A DNA stretch of 64,000 nucleotides from Candidatus Omnitrophota bacterium (GTDB lineage: Bacteria > Omnitrophota > Gorgyraeia > B26-G9): the NCBI GenBank assembly GCA_043814605.1, contig JBDRJV010000016.1:16218-80217 (forward strand), in the 5' to 3' direction. The translations under genes and the position numbers were made by a program. A model generated the notes under the pieces. That model was not told the origin of the DNA and made no database searches. It saw only the letters and a program-made list of their open reading frames with translations. Below, piece by piece: positions 1 through 10,033 of this stretch; position 1 is the stretch's first letter; each line of letters starts with the position of its first letter.

Positions 1-155
1 TGGTGGGCGCGGTAGGACTCGCCTACTTCGTTTGCAGCATCGTGCTGCTCACTGCGTAGGCTCCCCTGCGCTCACTTCCGTTCACAATCCTGTTCACTTT
101 TCCTCACTCTTGCTCGGCGTTTGCTTGCTTCTCGTCCTATATCCATGAAAATTCA

Positions 156-232
156 TGGTGGGCGCGGTAGGACTCGAACCTACGACCCCCTCCTTGTAAG
201 GGAGGTGCTCTAACCAACTGTGCTACGCGCCC
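156..232 (-). tRNA. tRNA-Val (anticodon TAC), 77 nt with encoded CCA
   Basis: Reverse complement reads GGGCGCGTAGCACAGTTGGTTAGAGCACCTCCCTTACAAGGAGGGGGTCGTAGGTTCGAGTCCTACCGCGCCCACCA. Cloverleaf with 7-bp acceptor, anticodon stem CCTCC/GGAGG, loop CTTACAA, T-loop TTCGAGT. Confidence 0.8.
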
Positions 233-336
233 TAGTCTGTTAGAGGTTAAAGTTTACAACATTTAATTTGTTTTGTCAATAGGCCAAATTTTTAAATAAG
301 TAATAAGTTAGAACTTAATAAAATTAGCTATCCTCC

Positions 337-365
337 TTGATTTTCATGAATAAATTTGTTATAAT
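337..365 (+). promoter_or_regulatory. sigma70-type promoter TTGATT-17-TGnTATAAT upstream of PEPCK gene
   Basis: -35 TTGATT at 337-342, 17-nt spacer, extended -10 TGTTATAAT ending at 365; about 45 nt upstream of the ATG at 411. Confidence 0.45.
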
Positions 366-410
366 CACACACTAATATAAAGGAAACAAATTAAAAAATG
401 AAAGGAAAAT

Positions 411-2282
411 ATGGATACGAAACTGATGAATTTATTAGAAAAAAAATGTGCTGCGGATAATTATCAAAAACTAACCCAGCTTAATAATTCTGAAGCTATG
501 GAATTTATTGCTAAATATGTAGAATTGTGTAATCCTGATTCTGTTTTTGTGCGCACAGATTCTGATGCGGATATTCAATACATCCGTAATCGAGCTATAG
601 AATTAGGCGAGGAAAAGCCCCTGAAAACTAAAGGGCATACAGTTCATTTTGATGGGATAAATGACCAGGGCCGGGATAAATTTAGCACAAGGTTTTTTAT
701 GGTCAAAGGCGTAGAATTCGGTTCGCATATCCATGCGATTGACCGGGATCAAGGGGCTGAGGAAATAAACAAGTTGCTTAAAAATATTATGTCCGGGAAG
801 CAGATGTACGTGGCGTTTTTCTGTTTAGGCCCGGTAAATTCGGATTTTTCCGTATATGCGGTACAGCTTACTGATTCTACTTATGTTAGCCATTCCGAAG
901 ATATCCTTTACCGCTCTGGATATGAGGCGTTTAAAAAGGAAGGCAAGAAAAAAGGTTTTTTTAAATTTGTGCATTCTGCCGGAGAACTGGAAAATAATGT
1001 AAGTAAAAATTGGGAAAGCCGCCGGGTCTATATAAATTTAAATGAAAATATTGTCTACAGTGCTAATACTCAATATGCGGGTAATACCGTGGGGTTAAAA
1101 AAACTTGCTTTACGTTTAGCAATTAATAAAGCCGATAAGGAAGGCTGGCTAGCCGAACACATGTTTGTCATGGGGGTTAACGGCCCGAATAAACGAAAAA
1201 CATATTTTACCGGTGCTTATCCCAGTTCCTGCGGAAAAACATCAACTTGTATGGTGGAAGGAGAAAGTATTATTGGCGATGATATTGCTTATTTGAGGAA
1301 AAAAGACGGGAAGATTTTTGCGGTGAATGTAGAAAGAGGAATTTTTGGGATAATTAAGGATGTCAATCCGGAGGATGATTTAAAAATATGGAATGTGCTG
1401 AATAGTCCGGGAGAAGTGATTGTTTCCAATATTTTAGTTAAAGACGGAAAAGCTTATTGGCAAGGGGACGGACGGGAAGTTCCGGATACAGGTTATAACT
1501 TTTCCGGGTTATGGACAAAAGGAAAAAAAGATAAATCGGGAAATGAAATAAAACATGCGCATAATAATGCCAGATATACAATAAGATTAGGCGAATTGGA
1601 TAATTGCGATCAGAACCTGGAAAATCTGAACGGCGTAGAAATAAAAGGAATCATTTATGGCGGACGCGATTCTAATACCTGGGTGCCTGTTTTTCAAAGT
1701 TTTGATTGGGATCATGGGGTGGTATGTGTGGCCAGTTCCTTAGAATCAGAAACAACAGCCGCTACCTTGGGCAAAGAAGGAGTCCGGAAATTTAACCTTA
1801 TGGCTAATCTGGATTTTCTGGCTATTCCTATCGGGAAGTATATTCAGAATCATCTCAGCTTTGCTAAAGGATTAGATTTTGTACCTATAATTTTTGGAGT
1901 GAATTATTTTATTAAAGATAAAAAGGGTAATTATTTAAGCGGCATGCATGATAAGAGGGTGTGGCTAAAGTGGATGGAATTACGGATTCATAATAATGTG
2001 GGAGCAATCACTACTCCGCTGGGCATGATTCCGCGTTATGAGGATTTAGAGAAACTGTTTAAAGATGTTTTAGGACAAGATTATCCGGAAACATTATATA
2101 ACGAACAATTTATGATTCGGATTCCGGAGAATTTAGAAAAAATTGAACGGATTTTTGAAGTTTATGAAGCGAATGTGATTAATATCCCGGATATGATTTT
2201 TGCTAAACTTGACGGGCAACGCAAAAGATTGGAAGCATTAAGGGCAAAAATCGGTGATTATGTTATTCCTAACCAGCTTTAA
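411..2282 (+). CDS. pckG: phosphoenolpyruvate carboxykinase (GTP-dependent)
   Basis: 623 aa. P-loop-like AYPSSCGKTS and the GDDIAYL...NVERGIFG block typical of the GTP-PEPCK family; the length fits. Confidence 0.75.
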   Translation: MDTKLMNLLEKKCAADNYQKLTQLNNSEAMEFIAKYVELCNPDSVFVRTDSDADIQYIRNRAIELGEEKPLKTKGHTVHFDGINDQGRDKFSTRFFMVKGVEFGSHIHAIDRDQGAEEINKLLKNIMSGKQMYVAFFCLGPVNSDFSVYAVQLTDSTYVSHSEDILYRSGYEAFKKEGKKKGFFKFVHSAGELENNVSKNWESRRVYINLNENIVYSANTQYAGNTVGLKKLALRLAINKADKEGWLAEHMFVMGVNGPNKRKTYFTGAYPSSCGKTSTCMVEGESIIGDDIAYLRKKDGKIFAVNVERGIFGIIKDVNPEDDLKIWNVLNSPGEVIVSNILVKDGKAYWQGDGREVPDTGYNFSGLWTKGKKDKSGNEIKHAHNNARYTIRLGELDNCDQNLENLNGVEIKGIIYGGRDSNTWVPVFQSFDWDHGVVCVASSLESETTAATLGKEGVRKFNLMANLDFLAIPIGKYIQNHLSFAKGLDFVPIIFGVNYFIKDKKGNYLSGMHDKRVWLKWMELRIHNNVGAITTPLGMIPRYEDLEKLFKDVLGQDYPETLYNEQFMIRIPENLEKIERIFEVYEANVINIPDMIFAKLDGQRKRLEALRAKIGDYVIPNQL

Positions 2283-2360
2283 TAAAAAGACATCCTATAA
2301 TGGAAAAGTAGGAGGATGTCTTGATTATATAGATTAAAGTTATTTTATGAGGAGATTACA

Positions 2361-2732
2361 GTGATTAAGGAGAGGGATCTGTTAACTGAGAAAATAATCG
2401 CTTGTGCGTATAATGTGCATAGTAAGCTTGGTCCTGGATTTAGCGAAAGCATATACCATAAGGCATTAAAAATAACCTTAAAAGAACAGGGTTTAAAGTA
2501 TCAAACTGAGAAAAGTTTTGATGTTTGTTTTCATGGTAAAAACATTGGTAAATGTAGGCTCGATTTAGTCATCGCCGACAAGATTGTAACAGAACTGAAA
2601 GCTTTTAGCGGAAATATTCTTGCTGTATTTGAATCACAGGTTTTATCTTATCTAAAAGCATCAGGATACAAAGTGGGGTTATTGATAAACTTTGGCAACA
2701 AGAGTTGTCAAGTCAGAAGATTAATGGTTTAA
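2361..2732 (+). CDS. GxxExxY family small protein (PD-(D/E)XK-like fold)
   Basis: 123 aa; contains [14 protein letters not shown], i.e. the G-x-x-E-x-x-Y signature, followed by a D...E.K core typical of this family. Confidence 0.5.
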   Translation: MIKERDLLTEKIIACAYNVHSKLGPGFSESIYHKALKITLKEQGLKYQTEKSFDVCFHGKNIGKCRLDLVIADKIVTELKAFSGNILAVFESQVLSYLKASGYKVGLLINFGNKSCQVRRLMV

Positions 2733-2808
2733 TCTTCGTAATCTATTGTTAATCGTTGTAATCAGGGATAATCCAATCCAGGACTTAGGATTATACCAGG
2801 AGAGTGTG

Positions 2809-3714
2809 ATGAGTAAAAATTTATTGCCGGATTTAAAAGGCATAGAATTTTTAAAACGCGGAAAGGTGAGAGAAATATATGATTTGAATAAGTATTTACT
2901 AATTATTTCTAGTGATAGGATTTCCTGCTTTGATGTGATTTTACCTACACAAATACCGGATAAAGGCAAAGTGCTTACACAAATTTCCCAGTTTTGGTTT
3001 GATTTCACAAAAAACATTATTAGCAATCATTTAATTAGTTCTGATATTGATGAAATTTATAATCTGTCCGGGTTCTCCGATAAACTTAAAATGTATGAAG
3101 ATGTTTTGCAAGACCGGACAATGCTGGTTAAAAAGGCACAGCCTCTGCCAGTGGAATGTATAGTGCGGGGTTATTTATCCGGCTCAGGCTGGAAAGATTA
3201 TCAAAAAACCGGTTCGATTTGCGGGATTAAATTGCCTAAAGGATTAAAAGAATCAGAAAAGCTGCCGGAAATAATTTTTACGCCTTCAACCAAAGCAGAT
3301 GTCGGCCATGACCTGAATGTAACCCAAGACTATATTGAAGACTTGATTGGAAAAGAGGCTGCGGGTAAAATTAAAGCAGCGAGTATTGCAATTTATAAAA
3401 AAGCCAGTGAATACGCACGTTCTAAAGGTATAATTATTGCCGATACAAAATTTGAATTTGGGAAAATCAAGGATGAAATTATTCTTATCGATGAAGTATT
3501 AACGCCTGATTCTTCCCGGTTTTGGCCGCTGTCTGAATATACTCCGGGAAAATCCCAGCCTAGTTTTGATAAACAGTTTGTGCGGGATTATCTGGAAACT
3601 CTAGATTGGGACAAAACTTATCCCGGCCCGGAATTGCCCGAAGAAATAGTTAATAAAACTCATGATAAATATCAGCAAGCTTTAAAAATTCTCACAGGAT
3701 TAAAACGGAGATAA
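2809..3714 (+). CDS. purC: phosphoribosylaminoimidazole-succinocarboxamide (SAICAR) synthase
   Basis: Motifs GKVREIYDL and [27 protein letters not shown] typical of PurC. The ORF is open from 2746, but the ATG at 2809 follows a GGAGAG RBS, so the start was placed there. Confidence 0.85.
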   Translation: MSKNLLPDLKGIEFLKRGKVREIYDLNKYLLIISSDRISCFDVILPTQIPDKGKVLTQISQFWFDFTKNIISNHLISSDIDEIYNLSGFSDKLKMYEDVLQDRTMLVKKAQPLPVECIVRGYLSGSGWKDYQKTGSICGIKLPKGLKESEKLPEIIFTPSTKADVGHDLNVTQDYIEDLIGKEAAGKIKAASIAIYKKASEYARSKGIIIADTKFEFGKIKDEIILIDEVLTPDSSRFWPLSEYTPGKSQPSFDKQFVRDYLETLDWDKTYPGPELPEEIVNKTHDKYQQALKILTGLKRR

Positions 3715-3722
3715 AATAGGTA

Positions 3723-4058
3723 ATGAAAAGAAAGGATCGTTGCTGGGAATATATGCGTTGCGGTGAAGAGATCACCTGTTCTGTTTTTCCGGACGGAGGA
3801 GAAACGTGTTGGGAAATAGCGGGCACAATGCGCTCTAATGAAGCAGAAAAAAGGCTGGAAAAACTAAGCCAAATAGCGCAGGAAAGCGGCACAGATATAA
3901 CCGAAGAACAATTACAGCAGCAATTTAAATCTGTAAAGCAGGTAAAACTTTGTAAATATATCGAGCGCTACGGGTCTTGTAAATGCTGTCCTTATTATAA
4001 ATTTGCCGAGAAATTTGAACGCGACCGCAGGGGAAGCAGTAAATCCGATGCGTTTTAA
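3723..4058 (+). CDS. small cysteine-rich protein with paired C-W motifs (putative metal-binding), function unknown
   Basis: 111 aa. CWEYMRCGEE...CSVF...ETCWEIAGT at the N-terminus and CKYIERYGSCKCCPYY at the C-terminus, with an acidic/glutamine-rich linker. Confidence 0.4.
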   Translation: MKRKDRCWEYMRCGEEITCSVFPDGGETCWEIAGTMRSNEAEKRLEKLSQIAQESGTDITEEQLQQQFKSVKQVKLCKYIERYGSCKCCPYYKFAEKFERDRRGSSKSDAF

Positions 4059-4063
4059 AATTT

Positions 4064-4660
4064 TTAAAATGTTTTAATCTTTATCGAAAATAATTCCAAA
4101 ATAGGTTTTAATTTTTTTAAAGGCAATCCCACCACATTATAATAATCACCTTCAATTTTTTTTACTAAGATATCCATATCTTTCTGTACGGCATAGGCAC
4201 CGGCTTTATCATGATTTTTTAAAGCCAGTTTTTTAATTTTAGGGGGAGATAGTTTGCGGGTATAGATGGTTGTTCGGTCAATATCCAGGATGGTTTTATT
4301 AGTTGAGGAATCGATCACAGCAAGCGCAGTGTACACATCGTGTTTGGTATTGCTTAATTTAGTGAGAATTCTTCGGGCATCTTGCATATTGCGCGGCTTG
4401 CCAAATATTTTATTTTTATAAACAACAATTGTATCTGCGGCAATAATTATTGCATGGTTTTCTTTATTTTTCTGAGCTGCAATTTTTCGGGCTTTATTAT
4501 GGGCTAAATGCAGGGCATGGTGGGCAGGCGAAATATCACCTGTAGTTTTCTCGTTTATGCGGCTAGGCATAACCTTAAATTTAAGCCCGGCTTTTTCCAG
4601 TAATGCTTTACGCCGGAGCGATGCGGATGCGAGAATTACTTTACTTGCTTTCCGGATCAT
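4064..4660 (-). CDS. maf: Maf-like nucleoside triphosphate pyrophosphatase
   Basis: KVILASASLRRKALLEKAGLKF is the Maf/YhdE signature. Start trimmed to the internal ATG at 4660 (RBS AGAGGA upstream on the minus strand), which abuts the stop of the upstream ppiD-like gene. Confidence 0.75.
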   Translation of the reverse strand: MIRKASKVILASASLRRKALLEKAGLKFKVMPSRINEKTTGDISPAHHALHLAHNKARKIAAQKNKENHAIIIAADTIVVYKNKIFGKPRNMQDARRILTKLSNTKHDVYTALAVIDSSTNKTILDIDRTTIYTRKLSPPKIKKLALKNHDKAGAYAVQKDMDILVKKIEGDYYNVVGLPLKKLKPILELFSIKIKTF

Positions 4661-6270
4661 TGAAGCTGGTTTTCCTCTAAATAAGTTTCGGGATTGGCTT
4701 CGGCTTTGATTTGTGTAAACCAATCATTTAAAAATTCATTTTTCTTTTTAGTTAAAACTCTGGCCTGATAGTTTTCTTTTTCTTTGTTAAAAGTTTCCTC
4801 ATCAATGGGTGTTTTATTAATCAAAGCAGCAATGCAATATCCTTTAGGGGTATTTATAACCAAAGAAACCTGGCCTGCTTCCAGCTGAAATATGGTTTCG
4901 GCAAAGTCCTGGGCAAATCCCAGTTCCGGAATATATCCGTTACGGGTAAAATCTTTAGTTTCTTTTACTTCTAGATTCTTGCTTTGTCCGGCTTGCTCAA
5001 AGGATAGATTTTCACTAGTGCAGAGAGCAGCTATTTCCTCGCGAATTTGTTCAGCCTGAGCTTTGGCAATTTTTTTCGCTTCTTCTTTTTTATAATCTGC
5101 AACAACTTTATCTTTTACATCTTCATATTCAGGAATATAAGGGGCAATTTTCTTCATCGGTTTTAAAATATAATAAGCCGTGGGAGTTTGAATAATTTCG
5201 CTGATCTCGCCGATTTTAAGTGCAAAAGCGGCTTTTAAAAAAGGAAAACTTAACCCGACCTTGGGTATTTCCTCAAGCATGGAAAACGGCCCTGTTTCTT
5301 CTGCGGTTAACCCAAAACTTTCGACAACTTCACTAAAATTTTCACTGCTGTAAAGCATGCTGATTATCCGGCGGGATAAATCCAATGCATGGTTTTGCAT
5401 TTCCTTTTCAATCAGTTTTTCTTTGATTGCCGTCTTTACTTCAGCCAGGGGTTTATATTCTGGTTCTGTGATTTCTTTTTCCGCGTCATTTTTTGCTGTA
5501 ACTTTGTAAGTTTCTTTGTTATTGTTGTAATATTTTTCAATTCTTTCATCTGTAATATTGATTTCTTCCTTAAAATTTTCAAGTTTTATTTCCACATAAG
5601 TTACGTTTACTTGTTCGGGTTTTTTAAATGCTTCTGTATTTGCCTGATAATATGTTTTTAAAGCGGTTTCATTATCCAGGGAAACTGTATCTTCAAAGCC
5701 AGCGGGATCAATTAAGGCATACATCGCTTGTGCTTTTTCATTATTTTTGATGAATTCTTTTCTGATTTCAGTTTCATCAACAGTGATGTCTTTTATTAAA
5801 CCTTCCATAAGTTTATTCATAATTAAGGAATCACTAAGTCCTTTTTCAAATTCAGCCGGAGTCTGCTGGAAAATGCTCGAAATTATTAAAGCATAATTTT
5901 GCGGGGTCAAATCTTCGTATTTTAAAAAAGGCAAATTTCTGATGTATTCAAGCAATTCTTTATTGGTCACGCTAATTTTTCTTTTTTTTGCTTCGTGCAG
6001 GAGAATTAACCGGGTCCAGGTTTGCTCATCCAGATCAATAGACTGGTCGAATTTTTCTCCGTAACGCATCAGTGCATCATTACGTGCGGCGCGTTTTGCA
6101 TCAATAAATTCTCTCCATTGAATTTTTTGATTAAATATCTTACCCGCATATCCGGAACGGCGGTTTTTTACAGCGGAACCGATATTCCAGATAACAAAAG
6201 CCGGTACGATAAAAATTGCGATAACCCACATGATTGTTTTTGTGTATTTTCTTAAATTTTTAAATAACAT
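4657..6270 (-). CDS. PpiD/SurA-like periplasmic chaperone (membrane-anchored peptidyl-prolyl isomerase family)
   Basis: 537 aa. N-terminal TM anchor WVIAIFIVPAFVIWNIG, a long SurA-N-like helical region and a C-terminal parvulin-like segment; located next to maf. Confidence 0.5.
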   Translation of the reverse strand: MLFKNLRKYTKTIMWVIAIFIVPAFVIWNIGSAVKNRRSGYAGKIFNQKIQWREFIDAKRAARNDALMRYGEKFDQSIDLDEQTWTRLILLHEAKKRKISVTNKELLEYIRNLPFLKYEDLTPQNYALIISSIFQQTPAEFEKGLSDSLIMNKLMEGLIKDITVDETEIRKEFIKNNEKAQAMYALIDPAGFEDTVSLDNETALKTYYQANTEAFKKPEQVNVTYVEIKLENFKEEINITDERIEKYYNNNKETYKVTAKNDAEKEITEPEYKPLAEVKTAIKEKLIEKEMQNHALDLSRRIISMLYSSENFSEVVESFGLTAEETGPFSMLEEIPKVGLSFPFLKAAFALKIGEISEIIQTPTAYYILKPMKKIAPYIPEYEDVKDKVVADYKKEEAKKIAKAQAEQIREEIAALCTSENLSFEQAGQSKNLEVKETKDFTRNGYIPELGFAQDFAETIFQLEAGQVSLVINTPKGYCIAALINKTPIDEETFNKEKENYQARVLTKKKNEFLNDWFTQIKAEANPETYLEENQLQ

Positions 6271-6388
6271 ATTTGCCTCCGTGTTTAATTAAGTTTAATA
6301 ATAGAATATTTTAACAGTATAGCGAAAAAAACAAAACTTTGCAAATTTTTTGACAAAAGAATGGTTATATGATACAGTTCAAAATGAA

Positions 6389-7015
6389 ATGGATAAAAGA
6401 TTAGAATTAGTCAAATATGCAAAACTTACAGCACGCAATCACCTTGTGCACTGCTCTAGCGGCAACATAAGCGTCAAGGATAAATCAGCAATGCTGATAA
6501 AGGCCAGCGGTGTATATATGGAAAAAGCTAGAAAAAGTGATTTTGTGCCCGTAGATATTAAAACACTTAAATATAATCGAAAATCATCAGCCCCAAGTTG
6601 TGAGTATCGGATGCATGCTGCTTGCTATAAAGCACGTCAGGATATTGCCTGTGTTTTGCACACGCATCCTTTTTATTCAACCTTATTGCTGGTCTGTTCA
6701 ATAACGCCAAAATTTATATTGCCGGAATCTATCTTAACCGCCGGTTCAAAATTAGGTTTAATTTCTTATGTTTGTCCGGGAACAGAAAAGTTAGCTAAAA
6801 ATATAACCGCCAAAATAAAAAAACATAATATTATTTTCTTAAAAAATCATGGGCTTTTAGTTGTTGGCGCTGATTTAAAGCAAGCTTACGAGAGAACAAT
6901 ACTCACAGAACAAATGGCGAAAATGCAGGTTTTAGCTTATCTTATGGGCAGAAAAATTAGCGCGATTAGCCCGGCTCAAGCTAAAAAAATTATAAAAGAC
7001 TTAGCAAAAAAATAA
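6389..7015 (+). CDS. class II aldolase/adducin family protein
   Basis: HCSSGNISVKD and the zinc-ligand region HTHPFYST typical of fuculose-phosphate aldolase-like enzymes. Start set at the ATG at 6389 (MDKRLE); the ORF is open from a TTG at 6350. Confidence 0.6.
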   Translation: MDKRLELVKYAKLTARNHLVHCSSGNISVKDKSAMLIKASGVYMEKARKSDFVPVDIKTLKYNRKSSAPSCEYRMHAACYKARQDIACVLHTHPFYSTLLLVCSITPKFILPESILTAGSKLGLISYVCPGTEKLAKNITAKIKKHNIIFLKNHGLLVVGADLKQAYERTILTEQMAKMQVLAYLMGRKISAISPAQAKKIIKDLAKK

Positions 7016-7051
7016 TTCGGTTACTTTGATCATGGATTATGAGCTTTAACT

Positions 7052-8044
7052 ATGTTAGCTAAAAAAGTACAAGAAAAAATTGACCTTGCCCTAAATTTTC
7101 AGCAATCCGCTTCTGTACCTATCTGTGAATTTATTGATAATGAAAAAGTGTTTTATTATTTTTCCCATAAATCCAATCCGGATATTGAAGATAAAGTAAA
7201 AGCTTATCATGGATTAAGGGTGGATATTTGCTGGCGGTTTGAACAGCGCAGAGATTACCGGAAGAAGGGTTTGGGGGAAATTCTACACAGCAAATTTTTA
7301 AGAACACATAATTTAAAAGTTTTAAGCCGTGATGAACTAGAAGCGGAATTTGCTGATTTTAGAATACAGCAAAAACTATTTGAACCCTACACTTATTTAT
7401 CAATGTCTGCAGATGGATGTTTAAGCCCGGCTTACCGGAGTCTCGGTTTTGAAAGGTTTAGTCAAAAGATGTATACTGAGCCCCTGGAAATAGAAAGACT
7501 GATCGGAATTTTTGCCGAAAACCTGCATTTAAGAGCAGAGGAATTTAGCAAGCAGAATCTCGGACAGATTTTTTTTATTAAGGATTGTATTGGATATGAA
7601 AAGGGGTTAATATTCAGCCTGGATTTTTTAAAACAACACTGGCTGCCTAAAATTAAGGATGCGATAGAACATTTAAAGTCTAAAAATATAAAAGTAATCC
7701 TGCATTCATCCGGGAATATTACGGAAGCTTTAGATGCTCTTATTGATATCGGGATTGATGGTATCCATCCTGTAGACATTCAAGCCGGGATGGATATAAA
7801 CCTAATAAAAAAACAATATGCAAAAAGCTTAATTTTGTTTGGTTCTGTTGATATTTATAATAAGCAGGCAGATGAGATTTTTCAGCTAACGAAAAATTGC
7901 CTAAATAATGTTTTTTACCAAGGCGGATATTTTATGGGCACTTGTCAGGGAATTAATAGGAAATTAGATTTAAAGTCAGTTTTAGCCTTTTTTTCCTCAA
8001 TCAGGGAATTTAATAAAACCAACCCAAACCAGAATGAAAATTAA
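7052..8044 (+). CDS. uroporphyrinogen decarboxylase (URO-D)/MtaA-like family protein
   Basis: 330 aa. C-terminal TIM-barrel-like block VILHSSGNITEALDALIDIGIDGIHPVD resembles the URO-D/methylcobamide:CoM methyltransferase family. Confidence 0.4.
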   Translation: MLAKKVQEKIDLALNFQQSASVPICEFIDNEKVFYYFSHKSNPDIEDKVKAYHGLRVDICWRFEQRRDYRKKGLGEILHSKFLRTHNLKVLSRDELEAEFADFRIQQKLFEPYTYLSMSADGCLSPAYRSLGFERFSQKMYTEPLEIERLIGIFAENLHLRAEEFSKQNLGQIFFIKDCIGYEKGLIFSLDFLKQHWLPKIKDAIEHLKSKNIKVILHSSGNITEALDALIDIGIDGIHPVDIQAGMDINLIKKQYAKSLILFGSVDIYNKQADEIFQLTKNCLNNVFYQGGYFMGTCQGINRKLDLKSVLAFFSSIREFNKTNPNQNEN

Positions 8045-8132
8045 TATCCTAACTGCTTTGATTCCAAAATATTAAAATATTTGTAAAAGTATTAAATATA
8101 TGCTATACTTCTACTGAAAGGGGTTATGGGAA

Positions 8133-8681
8133 ATGGATTTTTTTTGTCTACTTAATAAAGGACTTATAAAACTAATTAAAATACTAAAAATAAGTTGTAT
8201 TTTTTTAGTTTTTCTCTCCATAAATTTTAGCAATGCGTTAGAAACTCAAGCTCAAGATACAAGTATTGTAATTGCTCAGTTAGCCAGTCAGTACCAGATA
8301 AATCCTCAGTTAATTTATAGTATGATTTCTGTAGAAAGCAGTTTTAACATAAACGCTGTAAGCCATTGCGATGCCAGAGGAATAATGCAGGTTACACGGC
8401 CGACTTGGGATTGGATTACTCAGGAGTACTTAGAAGTTAATTGGGATTTTGATGAAGATTGCTTTGATCTGGAAAAAAATATAACAGTAGGGATTAGATT
8501 TCTGAAATGGATAAGTGATTATTTGGATAACCACTCAGCAGAGCTTAATGATACAAAACTAAATTTAATGGCAGCTTGCTATAATGCCGGCCCAGGAGCA
8601 ATACAAAAATATAATTTCCAAATTCCGCCTTATGAAGAAACACAGAATTACGTAAAAAAAATCAATGATTTTCTGCAGTAA
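8133..8681 (+). CDS. lytic transglycosylase (SLT domain), secreted
   Basis: Signal peptide. SLT motifs ISVESSFN, GIMQV and AYNAGPGA. Confidence 0.7.
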   Translation: MDFFCLLNKGLIKLIKILKISCIFLVFLSINFSNALETQAQDTSIVIAQLASQYQINPQLIYSMISVESSFNINAVSHCDARGIMQVTRPTWDWITQEYLEVNWDFDEDCFDLEKNITVGIRFLKWISDYLDNHSAELNDTKLNLMAACYNAGPGAIQKYNFQIPPYEETQNYVKKINDFLQ

Positions 8682-8895
8682 TACTTGCCTATCTATCTGT
8701 TAATAAATTAGTTATAATTTAATTTAAAATTTTGTGGAAAAATAATAGTTTTTAAATTATAAATGTGTTAAAATACGTTAGGTTAAAATAGTAAATCTGC
8801 TAAATATGCAAAAAGTTATATTAAAAATTGGTAAGTTGTTTATTCTAAATAAAAAAGATAAATTTAGTATTGATTTTTTTTCATTTTGAGGTATA

Positions 8896-9564
8896 ATGAA
8901 CGACACAGGAATTCTTTATGTAGTTGCAACACCTATTGGTAATCTTAAAGATATTACTTTTAGAGCTGTGGAAATATTATCTGCTGTTGATATAATTGCT
9001 TGCGAAGACACAAGACATACGCAAATATTGTTAAAACATTACAATATTAAAAAGCCGTTACTCAGTTATTTTGAATATAATAAGCTTAAAAGAATAGACC
9101 AAATAATAAGTTCTTTAAAAGACGGTAAAAACATAGCATTAGTATCTGATGCCGGGACCCCGGGAATTTCTGATCCGGGAAGCAGCTTGATAAAACAGGT
9201 AATTGATACGGGGTTGAAATTAGAAGTGATTCCGGGCGCTTGCGCACTAATCGCCGGCTTAGTGGTTTCGGGCAGTTTAAAGCATAAATTTGTTTTTGAA
9301 GGTTTTTTACCCGTCAAATCAGGAGCACGAAAAAAAGTCCTCGAAAATTTAAAAGCCGAAAAAAGATCAATTATTTTTTATGAATCACCACACCGGCTGC
9401 TTAAAACTTTAAATGATATTGAAATTGTGCGGGGGAATTGCAGTATTGCGATAGCGCGTGAATTAACAAAAAAATTTGAGCAGATTTTTAGAGGCACAAC
9501 TCAAGAGGCAATCACATATTTTACAAAACATAAGCCTAAAGGTGAGTTTGTGATAATTATCTAG
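8896..9564 (+). CDS. rsmI: 16S rRNA (cytidine1402-2'-O)-methyltransferase
   Basis: ILYVVATPIGNLKDIT, ACEDTRHT and LVSDAGTPGISDPG match RsmI tetrapyrrole-methylase-fold motifs. Confidence 0.8.
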   Translation: MNDTGILYVVATPIGNLKDITFRAVEILSAVDIIACEDTRHTQILLKHYNIKKPLLSYFEYNKLKRIDQIISSLKDGKNIALVSDAGTPGISDPGSSLIKQVIDTGLKLEVIPGACALIAGLVVSGSLKHKFVFEGFLPVKSGARKKVLENLKAEKRSIIFYESPHRLLKTLNDIEIVRGNCSIAIARELTKKFEQIFRGTTQEAITYFTKHKPKGEFVIII

Positions 9565-9586
9565 AAAAAATAGGAAGGGTGATATT

Positions 9587-9988
9587 ATGAACGAAAATCA
9601 CAAGCATGTAATTTTATTAATGGAAGATGATGAAGTACTCAGACGGTATCTGGCAAAGCTTTTAAGAGCTGATGATTTTGAGGTTCTCGAAGCAGCCACA
9701 GTTAAAGATGCCCTTGAGTTATCAAAAAGACCGCAGCTTAATTTAGTTGTTGCGGATTTAAAAATGCCTGATGATACAGCTATTGGATTAATGAAGAAGC
9801 TCTCACAAATGCATATTGACATTCCGGTAATTATTATTACCGCCTACGGAGAATGGGAAACTTATTTGGAAGCTTTGGATTTGGGAGTGTGTGATTATCT
9901 TAATAAGCCTATTGAATATACAGAGTTTAAGGAAAAGATTAAAGCTGTTTTAACTAAAAATAAAAAGAAAAAATCAAAACAAAAATAG
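9587..9988 (+). CDS. stand-alone response regulator receiver domain protein
   Basis: 133 aa. CheY-like acidic pocket (MEDDE), phospho-acceptor region VVADLKMPD and ITAYGE...K motif, with a lysine-rich tail. Confidence 0.65.
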   Translation: MNENHKHVILLMEDDEVLRRYLAKLLRADDFEVLEAATVKDALELSKRPQLNLVVADLKMPDDTAIGLMKKLSQMHIDIPVIIITAYGEWETYLEALDLGVCDYLNKPIEYTEFKEKIKAVLTKNKKKKSKQK

Positions 9989-10033
9989 ATTTTTAAAAAA
10001 TTGATTGACGCTAATTCAGTAATTAAATAAATA

